NCBI GenBank assembly: GCA_963728565.1
Contig: CAVSLC010000004.1
Span: forward strand, 64,001-128,000
Direction: 5' to 3'
DNA: 64,000 nucleotides
From: an uncultured delta proteobacterium
GTDB taxonomy: Bacteria > Desulfobacterota > Binatia > UBA9968
The notes beneath the pieces were generated by a model. It was not told where the DNA came from and made no database searches. It saw only the letters and a list, made by a program, of their open reading frames with translations. Positions 9,619 to 19,024 of the stretch are shown one piece after another. The translations under genes and the position numbers were made by a program. Within the stretch, counting starts at the first letter, position 1; every line of letters starts with the position of its first letter.

Positions 9619-12252
9619 ATGCGACTGGATAAATTAACCACAAAATCCCAGGAAGCTTTGCAACACGCTCAAGCGTTGGCTGAAAAGCGTAACCATCAGG
9701 CTATCGATGTCGAGCACTTGCTGTTTGCTTTACTGGGGCAGAAAGAGGGCGTAGTTCTCTCTTTGCTGCAAAAGCTATCCGTACCACTGAATACATTGAC
9801 CGAGCGACTGCAAAAGGCTCTCGATCGCCTGCCGCAAGTCACCGGCAGCGCTACCCAGACTTATATCACTCCGCGGCTTAAGAAAGTCATCGAAAGCGGT
9901 GAAAGCGAAGCTGAGGCGCTCAAAGACGAGTATGTGTCGACCGAGCACCTGTTGCTGGCGATGATTCAAGATTCGGGTGAAGCCGGAAAAATTCTTAAGG
10001 AGCTCGGCGCCACCCGCGAGAACATTCTAAATGGCCTGGTCGGTATTCGCGGCGGCCAGAGAATTACCGACCAAAATCCGGAAGAAAAATACCAAGCCTT
10101 GGAGAAGTACAGCCGCGACCTTACGGACCTGGCGCGCAAGGGCAAGTTGGATCCGGTAATTGGCCGGGACGACGAAATTCGCCGCGTCGTCCAGGTGCTT
10201 TCCAGGCGTACGAAAAATAATCCTGTGTTGATCGGAGAGCCGGGAGTCGGCAAGACTGCCATCGTTGAAGGTCTGGCCTTGCGCATCGTCAACGGCGATG
10301 TGCCCGAAGGACTGAAAGATAAGCGCCTGGTCGCCCTGGACTTGGGCGCGCTGGTCGCTGGAGCGAAGTACCGCGGCGAATTCGAGGACCGTCTCAAAGC
10401 GCTTCTCAAAGAAGTGACCGACGCTGCCGGTAGAATCATTCTGTTCATCGACGAGCTTCATACCTTGGTGGGCGCGGGCGCGGCCGAGGGGGCGATGGAC
10501 GCGTCGAACATGCTTAAGCCAGCCCTGGCGCGCGGCGAGCTCCGCTGCGTCGGCGCGACAACCTTGGATGAGTACCGCAAGCGGATCGAGAAGGATCCCG
10601 CTTTGGAGCGGCGCTTCCAACCGGTGTTCGTCGGCGAGCCTTCCTTGGAACATACCATTGCGATCTTGCGCGGCCTCAAAGAGCGATACGAAGTCCATCA
10701 TGGCGTGCGCATCACCGACGGCGCGATCATCGCTGCCGCGACGTTATCGCACCGGTACATCAGCGACCGCTTCTTGCCTGACAAAGCAATCGATTTGATC
10801 GATGAATCAGCCTCTCGACTACGCATCGAGATTGACAGCATGCCGGTTGAAATCGATGAAGTAGAGCGCAAGATTCTCCAGCTCGAGATCGAAAAGCAGG
10901 CGCTCAAACGCGAAGAGGACAAGGCTTCTAAAGAGCGACTGATGCAGCTCGAGCGCGAGATCCAAAATCTTAAGGAAACTTCCAACGGCCTCAAAGCGCA
11001 CTGGAACAACGAGAAGGAGTCGATCCAACGGATTCGATCGCTCAAGGAAAAGCTCGAAGCGACCAAGGTCGAGGAGCAGAAAGCGCAACGCGAAGGTGAT
11101 TTGAATCGGGCTGCAGAACTTCGCTACGGCACGCTCACCCAGCTCCAGAAGGAATTGGAACAAGCCAATCTGCAACTAGCTGAGCTGCAAAAAGATCAGA
11201 AGATGCTCAAGGAGGAAGTCGACGCCGAGGACGTTGCCGAGGTGGTCGCCAAGTGGACGGGTATCCCGGTTTCAAAGATGCTCGAGGGAGATATCCAGAA
11301 ACTTCTCAAAATGGAAGATCGTCTCAAGGCCAGAGTAGTTGGCCAGCCCGATGCAATTCACGCGGTGGCTAATGCGGTGCGCCGTGCCCGCGCCGGTCTG
11401 CAGGACGAGAACCGCCCCATCGGTTCGTTCATCTTCTTGGGACCTACCGGCGTCGGCAAAACCGAGCTGTGCCGGGCACTGGCGGAATTCTTGTTCGATG
11501 ACGAACAGGCGATGGTGCGTTTGGATATGTCCGAGTTTATGGAGAAGCACTCGGTCTCTCGTCTGATCGGCGCTCCTCCAGGCTACGTCGGGTATGAAGA
11601 GGGCGGATATCTTACCGAGGCGGTGCGCCGCCGGCCCTATTCAGTCGTGCTCTTCGATGAGATCGAAAAGGCGCATCCGGATGTCTTCAATGCGTTGCTG
11701 CAGATTTTAGAGGACGGCCGCATGACCGACGGGCAGGGAAGAACGGTTGATTTCAAGAATACCGTGATCATCATGACGTCGAACTTGGGCAGCCAGTATA
11801 TCCAAGATTTGGCGGACGGAAACCGGAAAGAAATGGAAGCGCGAGTCACCGCGGCTTTGCGTGACGCGTTCAAACCGGAATTTCTCAACCGAATCGACGA
11901 GATCATTATCTTCAACAGCCTCGGGCGCGAGGAGATCAAGTCCATCGTCGAGATCCAGCTCAAACGCTTGCGCCAAAACTTGGCCAACAGGAAAATGGCG
12001 CTGGAGATTAGCGATGAGGCCAAGGATTTGCTCGCCGAAAAGGGATACGATCCGGTTTATGGGGCGCGGCCGCTGAAGCGGACGATCCAGCGGTTGATTC
12101 AAGATCCCTTGGCGGTGAAGATTTTGGAAGGAGAATTTCAGGAAGGCGACAAAGTCAGGATCGATGCTGACGGAGACGCCCTGCTCTTCGAACACGGCGG
12201 CTCAAGCACGACTGAAGAGAGCGTGGCCGAAGCCGAGAGGACACTGCATTGA
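9619..12252 (+). CDS. clpB: ATP-dependent chaperone ClpB
   Basis: Clp N-domain, NBD1 ([14 protein letters not shown]), coiled-coil M-domain, NBD2 ([25 protein letters not shown]). Confidence 0.98.
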   Translation: MRLDKLTTKSQEALQHAQALAEKRNHQAIDVEHLLFALLGQKEGVVLSLLQKLSVPLNTLTERLQKALDRLPQVTGSATQTYITPRLKKVIESGESEAEALKDEYVSTEHLLLAMIQDSGEAGKILKELGATRENILNGLVGIRGGQRITDQNPEEKYQALEKYSRDLTDLARKGKLDPVIGRDDEIRRVVQVLSRRTKNNPVLIGEPGVGKTAIVEGLALRIVNGDVPEGLKDKRLVALDLGALVAGAKYRGEFEDRLKALLKEVTDAAGRIILFIDELHTLVGAGAAEGAMDASNMLKPALARGELRCVGATTLDEYRKRIEKDPALERRFQPVFVGEPSLEHTIAILRGLKERYEVHHGVRITDGAIIAAATLSHRYISDRFLPDKAIDLIDESASRLRIEIDSMPVEIDEVERKILQLEIEKQALKREEDKASKERLMQLEREIQNLKETSNGLKAHWNNEKESIQRIRSLKEKLEATKVEEQKAQREGDLNRAAELRYGTLTQLQKELEQANLQLAELQKDQKMLKEEVDAEDVAEVVAKWTGIPVSKMLEGDIQKLLKMEDRLKARVVGQPDAIHAVANAVRRARAGLQDENRPIGSFIFLGPTGVGKTELCRALAEFLFDDEQAMVRLDMSEFMEKHSVSRLIGAPPGYVGYEEGGYLTEAVRRRPYSVVLFDEIEKAHPDVFNALLQILEDGRMTDGQGRTVDFKNTVIIMTSNLGSQYIQDLADGNRKEMEARVTAALRDAFKPEFLNRIDEIIIFNSLGREEIKSIVEIQLKRLRQNLANRKMALEISDEAKDLLAEKGYDPVYGARPLKRTIQRLIQDPLAVKILEGEFQEGDKVRIDADGDALLFEHGGSSTTEESVAEAERTLH

Positions 12253-12428
12253 AGAGCGCCACAAAAAAAGCTCCGCCAAAGAAGATCCCGCCGGGGCTAG
12301 CACGGCTTCGCAAAGAAGTTCCTCCGCCAAGCAGAATCTTCGGCAGCAAAAAGATCGTTCAGCGGCAGCGTCGCAAAGCGGAACTTCGGCAGGAACTAAA
12401 AGCAAGCCTACCGAGCAGATCTTCTTAA
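12249..12428 (+). CDS. Small basic protein (59 aa), absent from the ORF track
   Basis: TTG start overlaps the clpB TGA (TTGA), with AGAGGA upstream. Translation: [59 protein letters not shown]. It ends 21 nt before the terminator. Confidence 0.55.
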   Translation: MKSATKKAPPKKIPPGLARLRKEVPPPSRIFGSKKIVQRQRRKAELRQELKASLPSRSS

Positions 12429-12449
12429 CGCATCCGTCGCATTTTTCCT

Positions 12450-12487
12450 GAGAGGCAGTCCAACCGGACTGCCTCTCTTTTTGTTTT
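12450..12487 (+). terminator. Rho-independent terminator of the clpB unit
   Basis: GAGAGGCAGTCC-AACC-GGACTGCCTCTC forms a perfect 12-bp stem, followed by TTTTTGTTTT. Confidence 0.9.
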
Positions 12488-12630
12488 CCATCACTGCTGA
12501 AAAGCCGCGTGCTTTGTTGCGCCGGTGGGATTGTGTGCGGATACCGCGGGTGTGCGTCTCAGATCCGATTTGCTGCCTTCTTGAGTTTTGGGCGGTTGGC
12601 AATCAGACTTTCATCAGGGGTGATTAATGC

Positions 12631-14067
12631 ATGGCAGATTCAAACAGCTCCAACCAAACCCGGCGAGATCCACGCCCAGTGCTGCTTCTGGTCTGCACCG
12701 GATTGTTTATGGTCGCGATCAACGCGCGCGCCATGATCGTCTCGCTGCCAACCTTGACTGAAGTTTTTCAAACCAATCTGTCACTCATCCAGTGGGCTCT
12801 TTTAGTATACGACCTGGCCGTCATCGGCCTCGTGCTCACCCTGAGCCGGCTCGGAGATCTATTCGGCCGCAAATGGATGTACATCATCGGTTTGCTGCTC
12901 TTTACCTTCGGTTCGGCTCTGTGCGGCTTGATACAAAATCCGGCCCAATTGATCGCCTGCCGGATCGTCCAGGGAATCGGCGGCGCCATGATCATGGCTC
13001 ATGGACGCGCCATCGCCTCTATCGTTGTGCCGATTTCCCAAAGAGGCAAAGCACTGGGATTAACCTCCATGGCCTATCATGTCGGCTACATGACAGGTCC
13101 CACGTTGGGCGGCTTTATCATTGATACAATTGGCTGGCGTTGGATTTTCTACGTCAACATTCCAACCGGGCTGGCAGCCGCCTACTTCGCCCGGAAGATC
13201 CTCAGCGATCGAGCGGCCAGCGAAGAACGGGTGAAAGTCGATTATGCCGGAGCGGTGCTCCTGTTGATCACCAATACTTGTTTTGTCTATGCGATGAACC
13301 AGTTTCCGCACCTCGGCTCTACCAATCCCCTGGTAATATCCTTCGCTCTGCTTTCAACCGTAGCGCTCTTCTTCTTTATTCGAACCGAGCTGCGCGCGAA
13401 AACTCCGATTCTGGACTTGAGCCTTTTCCGCAATCGTCTATTCAGCGCCGCTAATTTAAGCCTACTTTTTATCACCGCAACCCAGTCCGCCATCGCTGTT
13501 TTGATGCCTTTCTATTTACAAAATCTAATGGGTTTCACGCCTACTCAAATGGGCTGGATCATCATCGCCAACTCAGTGGTCATCATCATGGTCGCGCCGA
13601 TCGCCGGCGGTCTTTCGGATCGCTTCGGTTCCCGGCTGCTTTGCAGCATCGGCGCAACCATCATCGTTATCGGCCAATTCTTGATCGCTTCTTTGGATCA
13701 GCGGTCCACGGTATTCCAGATGATTTTTCCCCAAGCCTTAACCGGCCTGGGTTGGGCAGTTTTCAATTCGCCGAATCAAAGCGCCATCCTGGGCACCGTG
13801 CCCAGGAATAAGGTCGGCGCGGCTTCGGGCATGACGGTGACCACCGCGCGCATCGGCGCCGTGATCGGCATAGCCTTGGCCGGGCTTTTGTTCACCAACG
13901 GACTGTACCGCGGCGGCATGCCTGCCGAACAGATCGAATCGCCGCAAAGCTGGGGAGCATCGCCTGCGATATTTCTCGACGCCTTTAGTCACGCCATTCA
14001 CGTCATCAATAGCTTTGCCACTCTGGCAATCGTCTTTTCCGCTATTCGCGGCGACAGCAAAGACTGA
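12631..14067 (+). CDS. MFS transporter, DHA2 (EmrB/QacA-like), paralog 1
   Basis: Motif A SRLGDLFGRK, RIVQGIGGA, GPTLGG, WRWIFYVNIP, about 14 TM segments. Confidence 0.93.
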   Translation: MADSNSSNQTRRDPRPVLLLVCTGLFMVAINARAMIVSLPTLTEVFQTNLSLIQWALLVYDLAVIGLVLTLSRLGDLFGRKWMYIIGLLLFTFGSALCGLIQNPAQLIACRIVQGIGGAMIMAHGRAIASIVVPISQRGKALGLTSMAYHVGYMTGPTLGGFIIDTIGWRWIFYVNIPTGLAAAYFARKILSDRAASEERVKVDYAGAVLLLITNTCFVYAMNQFPHLGSTNPLVISFALLSTVALFFFIRTELRAKTPILDLSLFRNRLFSAANLSLLFITATQSAIAVLMPFYLQNLMGFTPTQMGWIIIANSVVIIMVAPIAGGLSDRFGSRLLCSIGATIIVIGQFLIASLDQRSTVFQMIFPQALTGLGWAVFNSPNQSAILGTVPRNKVGAASGMTVTTARIGAVIGIALAGLLFTNGLYRGGMPAEQIESPQSWGASPAIFLDAFSHAIHVINSFATLAIVFSAIRGDSKD

Positions 14068-14169
14068 TACATTCGTGATTCTGTCAAAGCGCGACTGGGG
14101 GGCTGAGGCAACTGGTATGTGTAGTGATGAAGGAGGGAGCCTGGAGGAGCGAAGGCACAGAAACTAAAG

Positions 14170-14270
14170 TTTCGATGCGGTTTCCGGTACATGGCCCACA
14201 GCTAATCTCTCGATAGACCGGCCTCCAAGCACGCAGCTTGTAACCACTTGTAAGGCACGGACCCATTGCC
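14170..14270 (-). other. Possible IS110/IS1111-type non-coding end remnant or structured RNA
   Basis: Minus strand reads GGGTCCGTGCCTTACAAGTGGTTACAAGCTGCGTGCTTGGAGGCCG...TGGGCC...CCGCATCGAA. From memory this resembles regions downstream of IS110-family transposases; no transposase is nearby. Confidence 0.3.
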
Positions 14271-14333
14271 TTTGCTCCGGAGGGTTCGCTCCTTAATCGC
14301 GGTGTCGCTTGGACTGCGCAATCCGGGCTGAAG

Positions 14334-15764
14334 ATGCAACCCGACGATGCAAAAAAAAGCCGATGGACCCTGCGGCTGATTCTTCTGAATGTCTGCATCG
14401 GCCAAACCGTTGTCGGTCTCGATCAGCGCGCGATCACAGTTGCGCTGCCAACTTTGACTGACACTTTTCACACCGCATTCACCACGGTTCAATGGGTAGT
14501 GCTGGTCTATGATTTGATTCTCATCGGGCTGATCATCACCATGGGCCGGTTGGGAGATTTATTCGGCCGGCGCCGCTTCTATAGCGTCGGTTTTCTGATA
14601 TTTGTCGCCGCTTCCGCGCTCTGCGGCGTCTCCCAAACTGTGGGCCAGATGATCTTCTTCAGGGCGATTCAAGCCATCGGCGGATCGATGATCGCTGCCA
14701 ATGGCAGAGCCATCGTTTCAGTGGCGCTACCGCGCCAAGAACGGGGCCGCGCCTTGGGCCTTACATCGACGGCCTTTCATATCGGTTTTCTCACCGGGCC
14801 GGCGCTTGGCGGGTTCCTCATCGATACCATCGGCTGGCGTTGGATCTTTTATATCAATCTGCCGATTGCGCTATGGGGCGCCTATCTCGCCTGGAAAATC
14901 ATCCCGGAAACCAAAGCCGAAGGGAAAGTGTCGGTGGATATCCCCGGCGCAATACTGCTCCTCCTAACCAACGGGTTGTTCATTTACGCCATCGATCTGC
15001 TGCCGCGGCTCGGCTGGCGCCATCCGACGTTCGGCCTGACACTGCTGCTCTCCGCGGTTGCAATGGCGTTTCTCTTGTTTGCCGAAACCAAGGCCCGCAC
15101 GCCTATTCTGATTTTATCGATGTTCCGCAGTCGTCTGTTTAGCGCAGGCATTTTGAGTCTGTTCCTGATTACCTTAAGTCTGTCGGCAATCAACTTTCTT
15201 TTGCCCTTCTATTTGCAAAACCTGTTAGGCTATTCACCCTCTCAGATGGGCTGGATCATCATCGCCGATTCTCTGATCATCATGTTCATGGCGCCGATTG
15301 CCGGCACCTGGTCGGACCGGCTAGGGTCCCGCCTGCTCTGCACCATTGGCTGCGTCGTCGTCGTCATCGCGCAATTTTTCGTCGGCTCACTCGGCCTGGA
15401 GTCATCGTTACCGCGAATCATGCTTCCCCTGGCGCTCTGGGGAGTCGGCTGGGCGTTATTCAATGCCCCCAATCAGAGCGCCACCTTAGGAGCGGTGAGC
15501 CACGACAAACTCGGCGCCGCCGCCGGCATGATCGCGACCACGGCGCGCACCGGCAGCGCCATGGGTGTGGCGCTGGCCGCCACTCTTTTCAGCACCCTGT
15601 TATCGGCGGCAGGTTTAAGCCCGGAACAAACCCAGTCGCCGCAAAGCTGGAGCTCGATGCCGGAGTCCGTGATTGGCCCGTTCAACTACACGATTCATGT
15701 TATCAACGCCCTGACTTTACTGGCGGTGTTCTTCTCCGCGGTGAGAGGCAGCCGGCGCGACTGA
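14334..15764 (+). CDS. MFS transporter, DHA2 (EmrB/QacA-like), paralog 2
   Basis: GRLGDLFGRR, RAIQAIGG, WRWIFYINLP; colinear with paralog 1 (shared PFYLQNL.G..P.QMGWIII, SPQSW). Confidence 0.93.
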   Translation: MQPDDAKKSRWTLRLILLNVCIGQTVVGLDQRAITVALPTLTDTFHTAFTTVQWVVLVYDLILIGLIITMGRLGDLFGRRRFYSVGFLIFVAASALCGVSQTVGQMIFFRAIQAIGGSMIAANGRAIVSVALPRQERGRALGLTSTAFHIGFLTGPALGGFLIDTIGWRWIFYINLPIALWGAYLAWKIIPETKAEGKVSVDIPGAILLLLTNGLFIYAIDLLPRLGWRHPTFGLTLLLSAVAMAFLLFAETKARTPILILSMFRSRLFSAGILSLFLITLSLSAINFLLPFYLQNLLGYSPSQMGWIIIADSLIIMFMAPIAGTWSDRLGSRLLCTIGCVVVVIAQFFVGSLGLESSLPRIMLPLALWGVGWALFNAPNQSATLGAVSHDKLGAAAGMIATTARTGSAMGVALAATLFSTLLSAAGLSPEQTQSPQSWSSMPESVIGPFNYTIHVINALTLLAVFFSAVRGSRRD

Positions 15765-15806
15765 TTTTCGATTTCCGTTGCACGACGCTCGGCATATACT
15801 CGACTC

Positions 15807-16922
15807 ATGAGTTGGTTTCTCCACATCGACATGGATGCATTCTATGCGTCCGTGGAGCAGGCGCTGGATCCGAGTCTGAAAAACAAGCCGGTCATCGTCG
15901 GCGGCCGCGATGGCAGAGGCGTGGTGACGTCGGCGTCTTACGCGGCGCGAAAATTCGGCGTTCATTCGGCGATGCCGGGGTTTCAAGCCAACAAACTGTG
16001 CCCGCACGGGATATTTCTTCCCAATCGCCACCGGCTCTATGCCGAATATTCCCACAAGGTTTTTGCCATCCTGCGGCAATACTCGCCGGAGGTGCAGGCG
16101 ATCTCGATCGACGAAGGCGTCGTCGATCTTACCGGCACGGAGAAACTCCTCGGTCCGCCGTTGCAGACCGCCGATCGAATCATCCGGCGCATTGAGCAGG
16201 AGCTCGGCTTGCCGTCTTCAGGGGGAGTCTCCAGCCATCGGGTCGTCAGCAAAATCGCCGCGACTTTAGCCAAACCTCAGGGCCTCATTTTTGTTGACGG
16301 CGGAGAGGAGAAAAACTTTCTCGCGCCGCTACCGGTTGACATGGTTCCGGGCGTAGGTCCGAAGACACACAAGGAATTATCAGCGCGAGGCATCCGAACC
16401 ATCGGCGACTTGCTCGATTCCGAGCTGGGATCACGCCACCTCGATCTCGCCGAAGCAGACCATCGGCAGCGCCGGCACGAGCATTCAATCGGCAATGAGA
16501 CGACGTTCGGGCCGGTGAAAGATGTCGAGCAGCTGGAACGGATTCTTTGGCAGCTCGTCGAGGAGGTTGGCGGCAGGTTGCGCAGGGAAAATTATTACGC
16601 CCAATGCCTGATGGTCAAGATTCGCTACAGCGATTTTCACACCATCACCCGCTCTCGCACCTTGAGTTCCCCGACCTGCTTCGACCGGGAAATCTTCGAA
16701 GTCGTCAGGCAACTGCTGCAACAGCACCTTGCGCCGGATCGAGCCGTCCGGCTCCTGGGCGTCAGCGCCAGCGCGTTGCAATCTTCCGGCTGGCAGGAGT
16801 CTCTCCTGGATCGGGACAAGCGCAGCTCCTGGGACAAGCTCTACCAGGGCATCGATCATCTGCGCGATAAATACGGTGACGATGCCATCGGCGCCGCCGG
16901 GCCGCGTAAGCGCCGCGGTTGA
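15807..16922 (+). CDS. dinB: DNA polymerase IV (Y family)
   Basis: HIDMDAFYASVE, SYAARKFGVHSAMP, SIDE, KPQG, little-finger domain (KIRYSDF, VRLLGV). Confidence 0.95.
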   Translation: MSWFLHIDMDAFYASVEQALDPSLKNKPVIVGGRDGRGVVTSASYAARKFGVHSAMPGFQANKLCPHGIFLPNRHRLYAEYSHKVFAILRQYSPEVQAISIDEGVVDLTGTEKLLGPPLQTADRIIRRIEQELGLPSSGGVSSHRVVSKIAATLAKPQGLIFVDGGEEKNFLAPLPVDMVPGVGPKTHKELSARGIRTIGDLLDSELGSRHLDLAEADHRQRRHEHSIGNETTFGPVKDVEQLERILWQLVEEVGGRLRRENYYAQCLMVKIRYSDFHTITRSRTLSSPTCFDREIFEVVRQLLQQHLAPDRAVRLLGVSASALQSSGWQESLLDRDKRSSWDKLYQGIDHLRDKYGDDAIGAAGPRKRRG

Positions 16923-16964
16923 TTTCAACGACGAAGCTCCGTAGTCTCTTGTAGTCCTCAGTCC

Positions 16965-18008
16965 ATGCCCAATCGATCAATTCAAAATCATCCTTTCCTT
17001 GCCGCATGCCGCCGCGAAGCAGTTCCTCATACGCCCGTCTGGCTTATGCGTCAGGCCGGCCGCTATATGGAAGACTATCGCGCGCTGCGGGCGCAGTACG
17101 GTTTTCTCGAGCTTTGCAAAAGGCCCGATCTCGCAGCCGAGATTACCGTGGCACCCGTCGAGCGACTCAAGGTCGACGCGGCGATTCTTTTTGCCGACAT
17201 TTTGCTGATCCTCGAGCCCATGGGCGTGGGCCTGGAGTATTCGAAAGGCGATGGGCCGGTAATCCACCGGCCGGTGCGCAGCGGCAAAGATGTCGATGGC
17301 CTTGAAGACTTCGATCCCGAGAAGGAGCTTTCGTTCGTCTACGAAGCCGTGAAGCAAACCCGCGCGGCGCTGAACGATCGGGTGCCGCTGATCGGCTTTG
17401 CCGGCGCGCCTTTTACGCTCGCGTCATACTTAATCGAAGGAGGCGGTTCGCGTAACTACATACATGCAAAAAAATTGTACTACACGGCTCCGGATGTCTG
17501 GCAACGCCTGATGCAGCGCCTTTCGGAGCTGATCACCAAATATCTCAATTGTCAGATTGCCGCCGGGGCTCAGGCGGTGCAACTTTTCGACAGTTGGGCA
17601 GGTTGTCTGACGCCCGGCGATTACCAGCGTTTCGTTCTGCCGTATACCCGCACGGTCATTGCCGGGATTACCAAGGGTGTGCCTGTGATCAGTTTCAGCA
17701 CCGGCACGGCTGGACTGCTGAAGCACATTCGCGCCGCGGGCGGCGACGTGATCGGTCTCGATTGGCGCATCAACCTGGACGAAGGCTGGGCGACGGTCGG
17801 ACATGACGTCGCGGTGCAGGGTAATCTCGATCCCGTCGCCCTGTTTGCACCGCCTAAAGAAATCAGGCGCCATGTCGCCGACGTACTCGACCGCGCCGGC
17901 AATCGGCCAGGCCATATCTTCAACTTGGGGCATGGCGTGCTGCCTGAAACACCGGTCGATCACGTCGTCGCCATGGTCGAAGCGGTTCACGAGTTGAGCG
18001 CGCGGTAA
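16965..18008 (+). CDS. hemE: Uroporphyrinogen decarboxylase
   Basis: PVWLMRQAGRY, AAILFADIL, IGFAGAPFTLASY, QLFDSW, QGNLDP, HIFNLGHG. Confidence 0.97.
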   Translation: MPNRSIQNHPFLAACRREAVPHTPVWLMRQAGRYMEDYRALRAQYGFLELCKRPDLAAEITVAPVERLKVDAAILFADILLILEPMGVGLEYSKGDGPVIHRPVRSGKDVDGLEDFDPEKELSFVYEAVKQTRAALNDRVPLIGFAGAPFTLASYLIEGGGSRNYIHAKKLYYTAPDVWQRLMQRLSELITKYLNCQIAAGAQAVQLFDSWAGCLTPGDYQRFVLPYTRTVIAGITKGVPVISFSTGTAGLLKHIRAAGGDVIGLDWRINLDEGWATVGHDVAVQGNLDPVALFAPPKEIRRHVADVLDRAGNRPGHIFNLGHGVLPETPVDHVVAMVEAVHELSAR

Positions 18009-18016
18009 CTCCAGCC

Positions 18017-18952
18017 ATGGTGCTTCCCTATCAAGCTGTTCTCCTGATCGCCTTTGGCGGTCCAACTTCTCCTGGGGAGATTCGGCCGTTTCTGGCGCGC
18101 GTGACCCAAGGCATTGCGATCCCGCCGCAGCGTCTTGAAGAAGTCGCGCAGCATTACGAAGCGGTCGGCGGCAAATCGCCTTTGAATGAAATCACCGCGC
18201 GGCAAGCGCGCGCTGTCGAAGAGTTACTGCGCGAGCAAGGAATGGATTTGCCCGTGTACGTCGGCATGCGTAACGCCACTCCATTTCTGGTCGACACCCT
18301 CAGACAAATGGCCAGCGACGGCGTTCAGCGGGCACTGGGATTCATTCTTTCCTCTCACCACACCGAGGCGAGCTGGGACCGGTATCAAAAGAATGTCGCC
18401 GATGCCAGGTTGGAGATCGGCCGTGACGCGCCTGAGATCGACTACTGCGCCGGATGGCACGATCATCCGTTGTTTATCCAAACCTGGTGCGAGCTAATCA
18501 GAGAAGGCTTTGCCGGGATTGCGCTCGAGCAACATCCGGCAGCTCCTCTCGTTTTCACCGCCCACAGCGTGCCGGTCTCGATGGCTAACCAATCATCGTA
18601 CGTTGAACAGCTTGAGATCACTGCGCGCTGCGTCGCCGAAAAGATCGGCCATAACAACTGGTCCATCGCCTATCAGAGCCGCAGTGGCAAACCCGGCGAT
18701 GCCTGGCTCGAACCCGACATCAATCTGGCCATACGCGATCTCTCGGTTCAGGGCGCTACCGATGTCGTCATCGCTCCCATCGGCTTTGTTTGCGACCACG
18801 TCGAAGTTCTTTACGACCTCGATGTCGAAGCTAAGAAAACAGCGGCAGAGGCCGGCATCAGGCTACACCGCGCCAGTTGTCCAAATGATTACACAACCTT
18901 TATCCAAATGATCGCGGACGTGATTGTCGGATCAGTCCAGGCCTGCCACTAA
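18017..18952 (+). CDS. hemH: Ferrochelatase (resembles coproporphyrin ferrochelatase CpfC)
   Basis: LLIAFGGP, GGKSPL, FTAHSVP, YQSRSG..WLEPD, PIGFVCDHVEVLYDLD. Confidence 0.93.
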   Translation: MVLPYQAVLLIAFGGPTSPGEIRPFLARVTQGIAIPPQRLEEVAQHYEAVGGKSPLNEITARQARAVEELLREQGMDLPVYVGMRNATPFLVDTLRQMASDGVQRALGFILSSHHTEASWDRYQKNVADARLEIGRDAPEIDYCAGWHDHPLFIQTWCELIREGFAGIALEQHPAAPLVFTAHSVPVSMANQSSYVEQLEITARCVAEKIGHNNWSIAYQSRSGKPGDAWLEPDINLAIRDLSVQGATDVVIAPIGFVCDHVEVLYDLDVEAKKTAAEAGIRLHRASCPNDYTTFIQMIADVIVGSVQACH

Positions 18953-19024
18953 TTTGCAAAATTCAAAAAGATTGGGTCCTTCGTCCCGCCAGCGTGGAGA
19001 GAGGAAGGATAAGAGGCGCCGCTC

